Assembly: GCA_044222185.1 (NCBI GenBank)
Contig: JBGANV010000009.1
Location: 64,001 to 128,000 of the forward strand
Source of the DNA: Planctomycetota bacterium
Lineage (GTDB): Bacteria; Planctomycetota; GCA-002687715; CAIWVZ01
DNA length: 64,000 bases
Direction of reading: 5' to 3'
Both the position numbers and the translations under genes were made by a program. Shown piece after piece: positions 38,201 through 46,112 of the stretch. Positions within the stretch are counted from its first letter, which is position 1; every line of letters begins with the position of its first letter. Under the pieces are notes generated by a model that searched no databases, was not told where the DNA came from, and worked only from the letters and a program-made list of their open reading frames with translations.

Positions 38201-39130
38201 GCTGAGCCGTACGCGGTGTGCGCGGCTGACATGGACGGCGATGGCCTGACGAACGACCTGGTCTTTGGGACCGACGGCACGGTGATCGGCGGCCAGGGCC
38301 GCGTCGAAGTGCGCAAGAACCTGAAGTCCGGAGCGGGCCTGAGCGCAGCAACGTTCGCGGCGGCCTCGAACACGACGTTCATCGGACCGGCGTCCGGCCC
38401 GGCAGACGACGGGTTCAACCCGCGCGATCTGGCGTGTGGCGACCTGCAACGCGACACGCTGCGTCGCCTGCCACCGGGAAGCCCGGCGTACTTCGCGTCG
38501 CAAGACGTGGTGACGGCGAACTTCTCGGGTGTGGGTGGATCGGTCTCGATCGGGGACAGCTACAACACGACGACCAACGCGTTCCGTTCGCAGACGAGCA
38601 TCTGCAACATCGTGGGGATCGCTTCGGCTGTGGCCCTCGCCGACGTGGACGGCGACACGCTGGAAGACATCATCGTCACGGATCAGGCAACGAACGGGAA
38701 CAAGGTGTGCGTGATCTACTCGCGCGTCCGTGCGCTGGCGACGCCGTTCGGCGCCGGCTGCCCGGGTACGGCGGGCCTGACCCCGCTGCTGCAAGGCAAC
38801 AACCTGGCGGTGATGGGACAGGTGGCGACGGTGGATCTCAGCCTCGCGCGTCCGAACACGGCGGTCGTGTTGGGCGTGTCGGCGGCCATCCAGGAGACGC
38901 AGCTCCTGCCGTCGGCGTGCGTGGTGTACCTCGCGAACCCGATCTTCACGTTCTCCGGCTTGATCACGAACGGCGCCGGCAACATGACGTTCGCGTTCGC
39001 CGTGCCCAACGTGCCGAGCCCGTTCCTCGGAGCCGAGGTCTACTTCCAGGCCGCAGTCTCCGATCCGTTCGGCTCCTACCTCAGCACGCTCGCGTTCAGC
39101 AACGCCCTCCGCGTTCGCCTCGGGTTCTGA
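29267..39130 (+). CDS. giant secreted adhesin-like protein (3287 aa): parallel beta-helices, ~20 Cys-rich HYR-like modules, FG-GAP propeller, shared C-terminal domain
   Basis: SD AGGAGA then GTG 29267; signal peptide; WYVN...TIQYAI...GDTIIVEAGNYNE; DTTAP...DNC repeats; GDLNG/ADMDGDG/ADVDGD motifs. Confidence 0.88.
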   Translation: MTTRCIPSAFAAFVPGRTISTLAAVLLTFSTLTATAFATGGETGPSKTAASAPRLATTWYVNSALGANNPAPTNGTGTGAAAWQTIQYAISDPAVLAGDTIIVEAGNYNEDVNVNKSLTIQGAGAGLSIVSGVIGGLSTSTFALSASGIVLDGFTITRDGNNPAQWALALNTAGASIIGPSLTGIRISNCLFTGNRTGIDINNSSGHTVRNNVIDFNRTGMIMRNATDNLTVVENKITNNYTLGVIFLDASSGSNSPVQSALNCTFFNNDISGNWYAQIVDRQTGGSLPLPGANLKNLSGNWLGTTAPVVTVANSAEPSGNSPFPTAFGGPDSAPGGQPDIAGAASGNIDYTPYLNSGTDTDVSTGFGTSGFQGNFDNLWVDDSSVQTGSSGRIQEAMGLVVDTPTRGTIHVREGTYVESIALTKYIRLEGAGDGTNPLVDSVIAPAPGNPGINVQASGTALVPIEIVALNLTGGSHGINFSGTRSHVTIDNCTCRNSTGNGVEINGIVDDLDLLNVDLINNMAGAGFRVGTTGKLSNSSITNGNITGNDDGVLALSDLSATNNETGFVNVTVTGTTVSNNGNSPSEGKGLYFEKASGVALSGLTVNANGTGSNFPGGVLLNLKRGNFGSTSITNCVITNTAAGPGANGRAISVDVRNDGANGPTTFTAGNGVSVTGCTCTGSVTGILVGEEGALTGTCRVKIQGSNLSSNASVGLFVFGNALVDAGDCSNSNITGLGSSTGGNTFTGYGYPPNGTPPFNAAILGANAATGPDILAFNNNFGLNGVNNNFETYVIDGSDNPALGQVQGSQSTGLFITCPPAQSIQCNVLPAAATTLAQFLAAGGTSSATAGTVSSSDGALVGGLCGGTRTRTYTVSDTCGNSTTCTQVFTINDTTPPTLVTCGANPANVSVGANCLGVVPNVIGDVQATDNCAVGPTITQSPPAGSLLGLGTHTIVISISDSCNTITCNKSVTMVDTTPPSILCNVGSATVDLDSVCHALVPNFVPTVTASDTCSTPVVVTQNPPANDLLTGPTAPGSPILVQMKATDAAGNVAICTVALRVRDVTPPTITCNVASSKVFVGPACTATMPDLRGFVTANDNCNTVTPVLVSQAPAPGTALTTTQPMPNQLTVVFTATDGSNLTATCSMLFDLIDNTPPTVTAGTISSCYPTVAAAEAAAIAATTAVDNCDPSVAKTATTSGTCSATITVTGTDDTGNFATAVYSTRIDNTAPVAISTGPIGTCYPTVGAAQAAALMNSSATDNCMGPLAPSVSTSGTCSAVVTVTFADGCGNVSNVLTYNTRIDNASPTADQASGALDAALQCSDLAGISAALAQAPTFTDNCTAAPTVTMTGDNTVAGSCANAYTRTRTWTASDSCSNVSAVYTQTITVVDTTAPVATTTSGALDVTIQCSDAAGLSAALGMAPAFSDNCTAVPTLNGPTDSTTSNPPCPNAYTRTRTWTASDGCGNTSAIFTQTITVIDTVAPVVTTPTGSLDATLQCSDTAGIAAAVAAVPSASDNCTASPTLVPISDVTTGSMTCANAYVRVRTWNFTDGCSNTSANFVQTITVVDTTAPQATTAPGALDVTVQCNDVSGLNAALAMTPVFTDNCTASPTVSMQTDVTTPGSCANAYTRTRTWTASDGCSNTSAVFTQVITVVDTTAPVVTTVAGSLDATVQCSDAPGLAAALALAPSATDNCTVGLVPNLVSDNTVATPGCANTYVRTRVWNFNDGCTNVSASFTQLITVIDTQGPTWATFPADQTLACNLPRDPWATGTPTATDTCGAVTISYNDDRSTLNLCNSTGFITRTWTATDGCGNTTNQNQIINVFDSIAPVLVTPCPANIPVPADLNSCAAVVNFTPPTAVDVCYDQGFEDAGFLADPLGRSTDWSYDNSAVLRALSGTDGITSATGSAHAVLDSTAPPSFTGAFSRLGGYNPTFGTGFKTSVDIYLDMANPAVSAPSPTYGWDVSSAVSNQANGHRRDFIFHAASYTSGTITIGASNNSNFTRRNDLLSINHITLNTSGWYTFEWNYRNQAGQLAVDMTVRPLAGTVVFTEVRTDPSDLIATIVGGSRYMWFTFLEVDKLAIDNTRLERNVAMTCSASSGSSFPVGTTPVTCNGVDACGNPVSCGFSVTVTDTQLPSITCPGTIQVECSSPIPPPAADLLAFQGLGGSASDNCLGVNVTWVSDVGSPPGSGCGNYDIIRTYIATDAANNTQPCTQTIEVRDTTPPSITTSAGALDGTFQCSNLAGINLALALAPAATDNCTPSLTPIPVSDNTTVNPSCANAYVRVRTWKFTDLCNNDSGVFTQTITVVDTTAPVATTAAGALDVTIQCNDGPGLSAAIGMAPVFSDNCTAVPTLSPPTNSVTFSPSCPNAYTQTRTWTASDGCGNTSAIFTQTITVIDTIAPVVTTVAGSLDATLQCSDTAGIAAAAAALPSATDNCTASPTRVLVSDLTTGSMTCANAYVRVRTWNFTDGCSNTSANFVQTITVVDTTAPQATTAPGALDVTLQCSDASGLAAALTMAPVFTDNCTMSPVLSLPTDVTTQNPPCPNAYTRTRAWTASDGCGNTSAVFTQVITVIDTVAPVASGSPIAAWYPSQAAAGSAAEAATSATDNCTATPTRNISFSGSGCSLTITVTFTDGCSNTSNAIVYNTVIDGTDPVISGCPANQVYNAAPGECSHVFTWTPPTATDNCSLATFTSNHAPGEVFLPGTTTVTYTATDACGHVSICSFTLTINGDFGHVECYPTGTAPAEVAVAELGVAGNTTATGLPAGKDIVTADSGSDSLTVRFNDGTGNFSASSTTILLSNGDTPVAVVVGSFTASSMGKDLAVACKGRVSPPVPSSVKFLRNTGAGWVFDHAVTLGAHTNPIQIAAGDLDQIPASFDDLAVVCQGTLFTPGTAGMGVILNSAAYTILDTSTGGYTPQDVAIGDLNGIQDGVMDVVAVEEGGAIVSPNRVSLYMGIGGGSFLPRAFMNTSAEPYAVCAADMDGDGLTNDLVFGTDGTVIGGQGRVEVRKNLKSGAGLSAATFAAASNTTFIGPASGPADDGFNPRDLACGDLQRDTLRRLPPGSPAYFASQDVVTANFSGVGGSVSIGDSYNTTTNAFRSQTSICNIVGIASAVALADVDGDTLEDIIVTDQATNGNKVCVIYSRVRALATPFGAGCPGTAGLTPLLQGNNLAVMGQVATVDLSLARPNTAVVLGVSAAIQETQLLPSACVVYLANPIFTFSGLITNGAGNMTFAFAVPNVPSPFLGAEVYFQAAVSDPFGSYLSTLAFSNALRVRLGF
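33177..37006 (+). repeat. intragenic ~267-bp (89-aa) HYR-like repeats in two blocks
   Basis: unit starts at 33440 and 33707; three-unit block at 33440 recurs at 36206. Confidence 0.85.
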
Positions 39131-39374
39131 TCCCCAGACGGCTCGTACCCCCCGCTTGACTCACGCCTCGAGTCGCCGGGGGGTGCGCGCCGCGCGCGCC
39201 CCCATCCGGGGAACGCGCCGTTTGCAAGTCAGTCCATGCGGCGTCGAGGCCGCAGTCGCATCAGGCCACCTTCGAATGCGGAGGTGGCCCGGTTCGTAAG
39301 AACGGGGCCCGCGCCCGCGAACACAACACGACAGATTCAATTTCCCGTTGTCCCGATTTCCGACAGGGTCTCCG

Positions 39375-42300
39375 ATGTCACCACGCAAGCCTGGCTCTGA
39401 CGCGTTTCGCGCTGCATGCGCGCTCGCGCTCGTAGCAACCATCTCGATCTCGTCGATCGCACAGTCCACGCAGGTGAAGGACATCAACCCGGGAGCAGCG
39501 CACTCGTTGCTCAATGGGCCGAAGTTCATCGTGTTCGGCGGGTTCACCTACTTCCGCGCGACGGATGGCGTGAACGGCGTCGAGCTCTGGCGGACCGACG
39601 GGACCACCGGCAACACGACCCTCGTGATGGACGTCAACCCGGGCTCTGCGTCGTCCTTCCCGGACAACTTCGCCGTCGTCGGATCCAATCTCTTCTTCAC
39701 CGCGACTACGGCCGCGGCGGGGAACGAGCTTTGGAAGACGGACGGTGTCACGACGCAACTCGTGAAGGACATCAACCCGGGCGCAACGGGTTCGTCTCCA
39801 GGGGACCTGGTGGAGATGGGCGGCAGCCTCTATTTCGCCGCCGACGATGGCACGACGGGCCGCGAGCTGTGGACATCCGACGGTACGCTCGGCGGCACGT
39901 TCCTGCTGAAGGACATCGCCCCGGGCCAGATCATCTTCTTCCCGCCGTTCAGCTCGAACCCGCGCTTCCTGACGACGATCGGGAGCACGGTCTACTTCAG
40001 TGCTGACGACAAGCTCACGGGAACGGAGCTCTGGAAGACCAACGGAACCCCCGGTGGCACGGTCCTGGTGAAGGACATCTTCCCCGGCAACACGTTTGGA
40101 CCGAACGCGTCGAACCCGGAGTTCCTCACCGCCGTCGGGACGACGTTGTTCTTCCGCGCGACCGACGGCGTGAACAACGTCGAGCTGTGGCGCAGCAACG
40201 GCACCGCCGGCACGACGGTTCTCGTCCAGGACATCAATCCCGCGGCAGGCACCTCCCTTCCGCAGGAACTGAAGGCCGTCGGGACGACGCTCTTCTTCCA
40301 AGCCGATGACGGCACGAACGGTGCCGAACTCTGGAAGTGCGCTCCGCCGTACACCTCCGCTGCGCTCGTCAAGGACATTTCGCCGGGCGCGAACCCGAGC
40401 ACGCCGATCGAGCTCGCGAACGTCAACGGCGTCCTCTACTTCCAGGCTGATGACGGCACGAACGGTGCCGAACTCTGGAAGAGCGACGGAACGACCGGTG
40501 GCACCGTGATGGTGAAGAACATCGACCCGAGCACGTTCCCAGTTCCAGGCTCGGGCTTCCCGATGAACATCGTGGCCGTGGGAGTCTGCGGCGCGGTGTT
40601 CAGCGCGAACGATGGCACCGGCTTCGAGCTGTGGCGTACGGACGGAACTGCCGCAGGAACGATCCGCGTGCAGGACATCCTCGCGGGCGCACAGGGCTCG
40701 ATGGATTTCGTCCGCCCCGAGTTCACGCTGTTCGGCACGGACGTTCTCTTCGCCGCGCGTCTGACCCAGGGCGTCGAGCCGTTCAAGGTCGCGCAGTCGG
40801 CAGTGGCCGGCGGCGCGCCCCTCATCACGGTGAATCCCCTCGGAGGTACGTTCTGCCCCGGTTCGACGATCGTTCTGAGCGTGACGGCGACCGGTGGCGG
40901 GCTTTCGTACCAGTGGCGCAAGAACACGGTCACCCTCGGAGGTGAGACGAACCCGACGCTGACCATCAACGGCGCCACGGCGGCGGATGATGGCTCGTAC
41001 GACGTCGTCGTCACGAGTTCCTGTGGGAGCGTGACGAGCACGGCAGCCGTCGTCGTCGTCGCCGACACTCAAGCCCCCGTCATCACGGCGACCGGCACCA
41101 CGCTGACGCTCGGATGCAATCCGACGCCGACACAGATCGACAACGCCCTCGGCACTGCGACGGCGACCGACAACTGCTCGTCGGTCACGCCCACGCCTTC
41201 GGATTCAGGCGTGACTTCCACGGGTTGCCAGCGTTCCCAGACGCGCACGTGGAATGCCGTCGACGCCAGCAGCAACGCCGCGACGCCGGTGTCGCGCACC
41301 GTCACGTGGACCGAAGACACGACCGCGCCCGTGATCACGGCGAGCGGCACGACGTTGACGCTGGGCTGCAACCCGAACGCGGGCGACATCGCGAACGCGC
41401 TCGGCACCGCGACGGCGAGCGACAACTGCGGCTCCGTCACGCCCAACGCGTCGACGGGCAGCGTGTCGATGTCCGGCTGCACGGCGAGCCAGACTCGCAC
41501 GTGGACGGCGTCAGACGCCTGCGGCAACCCGGCGACGCCGGTGTCGCGCACGGTGACGTGGACCGTCGACACGACGGCTCCCGTGATCACCGCGAGCGGA
41601 ACCACGTTGGCCTTGGGCTGCAACCCGAACGCGACGGACATCGAGGATGCGCTCGGCACTGCGACCGCGAGCGACAACTGCGGCCCAGTGACGCCAAGCG
41701 CGTCGACGGGCAGCGTGTCGACGTCCGGTTGCACGGCGAGCCAGACTCGCACGTGGACGGCGTCGGACGCCTGCGGGAACCCGGCAACGCCGGTGTCGCG
41801 CACGGTGACGTGGACCGTCGACACGACGGCCCCGGTGATCACCGCGAGCGGAACGACGTTGACGCTGGGCTGCAACCCGAACGCGACGGACATCGAGGAT
41901 GCACTCGGCACTGCGACCGCGAGCGACAACTGCGGCCCGGTGACGCCCACCGCGTCGACGGGCAGCGTGTCGATCTCTGGCTGCACGGCGACCCAGACTC
42001 GCACCTGGACGGCGTCGGATGCCTGCAGCAACCCGGCCACGCCGGTGTCACGCACGGTGACGTGGACGGTCGACACGACGGCTCCAGTGATCACCGCAAG
42101 CGGAACCACGTTGGCCTTGGGCTGCAACCCGAACGCGACGGACATCGAGGACGCACTCGGCACTGCGACCGCGAGCGACAACTGCGGCCCGGTGACGCCA
42201 AGCGCGTCGACGGGCAGCGTGTCGATCTCTGGCTGCACGGCGAGCCAGACGCGCACGTGGACGGCGTCGGATGCTTGCAGCAACCCGGCCACGCCGGTGT

Positions 42301-45300
42301 CGCGCACGGTGACGTGGACCGTCGACACGACGGCTCCCGTGATCACCGCGAGCGGAACGACGTTGACGCTGGGCTGCAACCCGAACGCGACGGACATCGA
42401 CGATGCCCTCGGCACCGCCACGGCCAGTGACAACTGCGGCCCGGTGACGCCGAGCGCGTCGACGGGCAGCGTGTCGATCTCCGGCTGCACGGCGACCCAG
42501 ACTCGCACCTGGACGGCGTCGGATGCCTGCAGCAACCCGGCGACGCCGGTGTCGCGCACGGTGACGTGGACCGTCGACACGACGGCCCCGGTGATCACTG
42601 CGAGCGGAACCACGCTGGCCTTGGGCTGCAACCCGAACGCGACGGACATCGAGGACGCACTCGGCACTGCGACCGCGAGCGACAACTGCGGCCCGGTGAC
42701 GCCAAGCGCGTCGACGGGCAGCGTGTCGACGTCCGGCTGCACGGCGAGCCAGACGCGCACGTGGACGGCGTCGGATGCCTGCGGCAACCCGGCGACGCCG
42801 GTCTCGCGCACGGTGACATGGACCGTCGACACGACGGCCCCTGTGATCACCGCGAGCGGCACGACGTTGGCCCTGGGCTGCAACCCGAACGCGGGTGACA
42901 TCGAGGCCGCCCTTGGTACCGCGACGGCCAGCGACAACTGTGGCCCGGTGACGCCCACCGCGTCAACGGGCAGCGTGTCGATCTCCGGCTGCACGGCAAC
43001 CCAGACTCGCACGTGGACGGCGTCGGACGCCTGCAGCAACCCGGCCACGCCGGTGTCGCGCACGGTGACGTGGACCGTCGACACGACGGCCCCGGTGATC
43101 ACCGCGAGCGGAACCACGTTGGCCTTAGGCTGCAACCCGAATGCGACGGACATCGAGGATGCACTCGGCACTGCGACCGCGAGCGACAACTGCGGCCCGG
43201 TGACGCCAAGCGCGTCGACGGGCAGCGTGTCGACGTCCGGCTGCACGGCGAGCCAGACTCGCACCTGGACGGCGTCGGATGCGTGCGGCAACCCGGCGAC
43301 GCCGGTGTCGCGCACGGTGACGTGGACCGTCGACACGACGGCTCCCGTGATCACCGCGAGCGGAACGACGTTGACGTTGGGCTGCAACCCGAACGCGACG
43401 GACATCGACGATGCCCTCGGCACTGCGACCGCGAGCGACAACTGCGGCCCGGTGACGCCCACCGCGTCAACGGGCAGCGTGTCGATCTCCGGCTGCACGG
43501 CGAGCCAGACCCGTACGTGGACGGCGTCGGATGCCTGTGGCAATCCGGCCACGCCGGTCTCGCGCACGGTGACCTGGACCGTCGACACGACGGCTCCGGT
43601 GATCACCGCGAGCGGAACGACGTTGAGCTTGGGCTGCAACCCGAACGCGGGCGACATCGAAGCCGCGCTCGGCACCGCGACGGCAACCGACAACTGTGGC
43701 CCGGTGACGCCGAGCGCGTCGACGGGCAGCGTGTCGACCTCCGGCTGCACGGCGAGCCAGACGCGCACGTGGACGGCGTCGGATGCCTGCGGCAATCCGG
43801 CGACGCCGGTGTCGCGCACGGTGACGTGGACCGTCGACACGACGGCGCCCGTGATCACCGCGGCCGGCACGACATTGACGCTCGGCTGCAACCCGAACGC
43901 GGGCGACATCGAAGCCGCGCTCGGCACGGCGACGGCAACCGACAACTGCGGCCCGGTGACGCCAAGCGCGTCGACGGGCAGCGTGTCGACGTCAGGCTGC
44001 ACGGCGAGCCAGACCCGTACGTGGACGGCGTCGGATGCCTGTGGCAATCCGGCCACGCCGGTGTCGCGCACGGTGACGTGGACCGTCGACACGACGGCTC
44101 CCGTGATCACCGCGAGCGGCACGACGTTGACCCTGGGCTGCAACCCGACCGTGACTCAGCTGAATGCCGCGCTTGGATCGGCGACCGCCACGGACAACTG
44201 TGGCCCCGTGACCCCGACGGCGTCCGACAGCTCGGTGACGCTCAGCGGTTGCACGGCGAGCCAGACACGGACTTGGACGGCATCGGACGCCTGCGGCAAC
44301 CCGGCGACGCCCGTATCCCGCACCGTGACGTGGACGTCGGACACGACGCCGCCCGTCGCCGTGTCCACAGGCCCGTTGAGCCCGTGCTTCACGACGCAGA
44401 CGGCAGCGCAAAACCAGGCGCTCGCGCATTCATCGGCGACCGACAATTGCACGGCGACGGGCTCGCTCGTGCCGCACGTGTCGACGTCGTTCAGTGGGTG
44501 CGTTGCGACGATCACGGTGACGTTCACGGACGGTTGCAACAACGAATCGAACGGCCTCGTCTACACGACCGTGGTGGATGCCACACCGCCGCAAATCACG
44601 GGATGTCCGACCAACATCACGGTTCCCGCCAACGCGGACCCGTGTTCGGCCATCGTCTCGTGGACGCCGCCGACGGCAAGCGACAACTGTGGAACCGTCA
44701 GCCTGATCCCATCCCTACCGCCGGGATCACTGTTCCCTCAGGGGACCACGACGGTGGTCTACACGGCGATCGACGGCTGCGGACTTGCGGCATCGTGCAG
44801 CTTCACCGTCACGGTGCAGCCAGTCGTCCCGCAGGTCACGGTACCGCCAGCGAGCCAGTCGATCTGCGTCAACGGCACGGCAACCTTCACCGTGACCGCG
44901 ACCCCGGCGTCGCCGACGTTGAGCTACCAATGGCGTCACGACGGGTCGCCGATCGGCGGCGCGACGGCGTCGACGCTCACGATCAGCAATGCGACCATCG
45001 CAGACGGCGGGACCTACGACGTGATCGTGATCAACGGCTGTGGACCGACGACATCAACGCCCGCCTCGTTGATCGTCAACACGGGCCCGACCATCGGTGT
45101 CCAACCGCAGGCATCCGCGGTGTGCATCGGCGCCAACTATCAGCTGAGCGTGGGGGCGAGTGGGTGTGCACCCGTCACGTATCAGTGGCGCAAGAACGGC
45201 GCGCCGATTTCGGGAGCCATCTCATCGTCGTACACGATCACGAACTTCCAGGTGGCGGATCGCGCGTTCTATGACGTCGTCGTGACGGATTGCTGTGGGT

Positions 45301-45959
45301 CCATCACGAGCGACTCGGTTCACATCACCGCGCTCTTCGCACCGCAGATCGTCGTTCCGCCGCCGAGTCGGACGGTCTACACCGGGGCGTCGACCACGTT
45401 CATCGTGCTGACGAACCAGCTGCAGCCGGAGACGTACCAGTGGCGCAAGGGGACGGTGCCGATTTCGGGCGCGACCGGAAGCACGTACACCATCCCACGT
45501 GTGCACCTGACGGACGCGGGCAGCTACGACGTCGTGGTGACCAACTCGTGCGGGAACCTCACGAGCGCCGCCGCGACGCTCAACGTGCTGCCGTTCACGT
45601 TGATCTTCGATCAGCCGTTCGGGCCGCTCTCCGTTCGCGTTCAGAACGTGGGCGGCGTGGCCGGAGACACTTACTTCTCCGCGTTCTCCATCGACCCGCT
45701 GAACGGGACCAACCCGGACCAGGGACCCTGGTTCGGAATGTGGATCACGCAGTCGGACCTGGTGCAGCAATTCCTGTTCGGGTTCCCGCCGTTCGTCGGC
45801 AACCTCGACGGCTCCGGCGGTTCGTTCTTCGCGCTGCCGGCCAACGGCCTCGCGCCGTCGCTGACGGGTTTCACGTTCTATGGCGTCACCCTCATGGCCG
45901 ACCTGAGCGGACCGACGATCCATGGTGCGTCGAACATCCCGTCGTTGACGGTACAGTGA
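39375..45959 (+). CDS. secreted ELWxxDGT propeller protein with Ig domains, 13 tandem 84-aa repeats, HYR and shared C-terminal domain
   Basis: signal peptide; ELWRTDGT/ELWKTDG repeats; YQWRK...GSYDVVVT Ig motifs. Confidence 0.9.
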   Translation: MSPRKPGSDAFRAACALALVATISISSIAQSTQVKDINPGAAHSLLNGPKFIVFGGFTYFRATDGVNGVELWRTDGTTGNTTLVMDVNPGSASSFPDNFAVVGSNLFFTATTAAAGNELWKTDGVTTQLVKDINPGATGSSPGDLVEMGGSLYFAADDGTTGRELWTSDGTLGGTFLLKDIAPGQIIFFPPFSSNPRFLTTIGSTVYFSADDKLTGTELWKTNGTPGGTVLVKDIFPGNTFGPNASNPEFLTAVGTTLFFRATDGVNNVELWRSNGTAGTTVLVQDINPAAGTSLPQELKAVGTTLFFQADDGTNGAELWKCAPPYTSAALVKDISPGANPSTPIELANVNGVLYFQADDGTNGAELWKSDGTTGGTVMVKNIDPSTFPVPGSGFPMNIVAVGVCGAVFSANDGTGFELWRTDGTAAGTIRVQDILAGAQGSMDFVRPEFTLFGTDVLFAARLTQGVEPFKVAQSAVAGGAPLITVNPLGGTFCPGSTIVLSVTATGGGLSYQWRKNTVTLGGETNPTLTINGATAADDGSYDVVVTSSCGSVTSTAAVVVVADTQAPVITATGTTLTLGCNPTPTQIDNALGTATATDNCSSVTPTPSDSGVTSTGCQRSQTRTWNAVDASSNAATPVSRTVTWTEDTTAPVITASGTTLTLGCNPNAGDIANALGTATASDNCGSVTPNASTGSVSMSGCTASQTRTWTASDACGNPATPVSRTVTWTVDTTAPVITASGTTLALGCNPNATDIEDALGTATASDNCGPVTPSASTGSVSTSGCTASQTRTWTASDACGNPATPVSRTVTWTVDTTAPVITASGTTLTLGCNPNATDIEDALGTATASDNCGPVTPTASTGSVSISGCTATQTRTWTASDACSNPATPVSRTVTWTVDTTAPVITASGTTLALGCNPNATDIEDALGTATASDNCGPVTPSASTGSVSISGCTASQTRTWTASDACSNPATPVSRTVTWTVDTTAPVITASGTTLTLGCNPNATDIDDALGTATASDNCGPVTPSASTGSVSISGCTATQTRTWTASDACSNPATPVSRTVTWTVDTTAPVITASGTTLALGCNPNATDIEDALGTATASDNCGPVTPSASTGSVSTSGCTASQTRTWTASDACGNPATPVSRTVTWTVDTTAPVITASGTTLALGCNPNAGDIEAALGTATASDNCGPVTPTASTGSVSISGCTATQTRTWTASDACSNPATPVSRTVTWTVDTTAPVITASGTTLALGCNPNATDIEDALGTATASDNCGPVTPSASTGSVSTSGCTASQTRTWTASDACGNPATPVSRTVTWTVDTTAPVITASGTTLTLGCNPNATDIDDALGTATASDNCGPVTPTASTGSVSISGCTASQTRTWTASDACGNPATPVSRTVTWTVDTTAPVITASGTTLSLGCNPNAGDIEAALGTATATDNCGPVTPSASTGSVSTSGCTASQTRTWTASDACGNPATPVSRTVTWTVDTTAPVITAAGTTLTLGCNPNAGDIEAALGTATATDNCGPVTPSASTGSVSTSGCTASQTRTWTASDACGNPATPVSRTVTWTVDTTAPVITASGTTLTLGCNPTVTQLNAALGSATATDNCGPVTPTASDSSVTLSGCTASQTRTWTASDACGNPATPVSRTVTWTSDTTPPVAVSTGPLSPCFTTQTAAQNQALAHSSATDNCTATGSLVPHVSTSFSGCVATITVTFTDGCNNESNGLVYTTVVDATPPQITGCPTNITVPANADPCSAIVSWTPPTASDNCGTVSLIPSLPPGSLFPQGTTTVVYTAIDGCGLAASCSFTVTVQPVVPQVTVPPASQSICVNGTATFTVTATPASPTLSYQWRHDGSPIGGATASTLTISNATIADGGTYDVIVINGCGPTTSTPASLIVNTGPTIGVQPQASAVCIGANYQLSVGASGCAPVTYQWRKNGAPISGAISSSYTITNFQVADRAFYDVVVTDCCGSITSDSVHITALFAPQIVVPPPSRTVYTGASTTFIVLTNQLQPETYQWRKGTVPISGATGSTYTIPRVHLTDAGSYDVVVTNSCGNLTSAAATLNVLPFTLIFDQPFGPLSVRVQNVGGVAGDTYFSAFSIDPLNGTNPDQGPWFGMWITQSDLVQQFLFGFPPFVGNLDGSGGSFFALPANGLAPSLTGFTFYGVTLMADLSGPTIHGASNIPSLTVQ
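41064..44339 (+). repeat. 13 tandem near-identical 252-bp coding repeats
   Basis: unit starts 41064, 41316, 41568...; 3276 bp / 252 = 13; DTTAPVITASGTTLxLGCNP...SRTVTWTV. Confidence 0.95.
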
Positions 45960-46112
45960 GCCGATCTTGATTTCGCGAGCGGCGCCCATGGGAAGCATCC
46001 CGTGCTGGCGCCGCGGTTCGAATGGGCGGTGATCGTGTTGTCCCCGGGCACGATCCCCGATTAAGCTCTGCGCTTCTTGAGTGCCCGATCAGGCACCAGG
46101 GAAAGACCACAA

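Noticed and set aside
40305-40481. Identical 33-bp repeat 144 bp apart
   Set aside because: Adjacent ELWxxDGT blades within a coding sequence.
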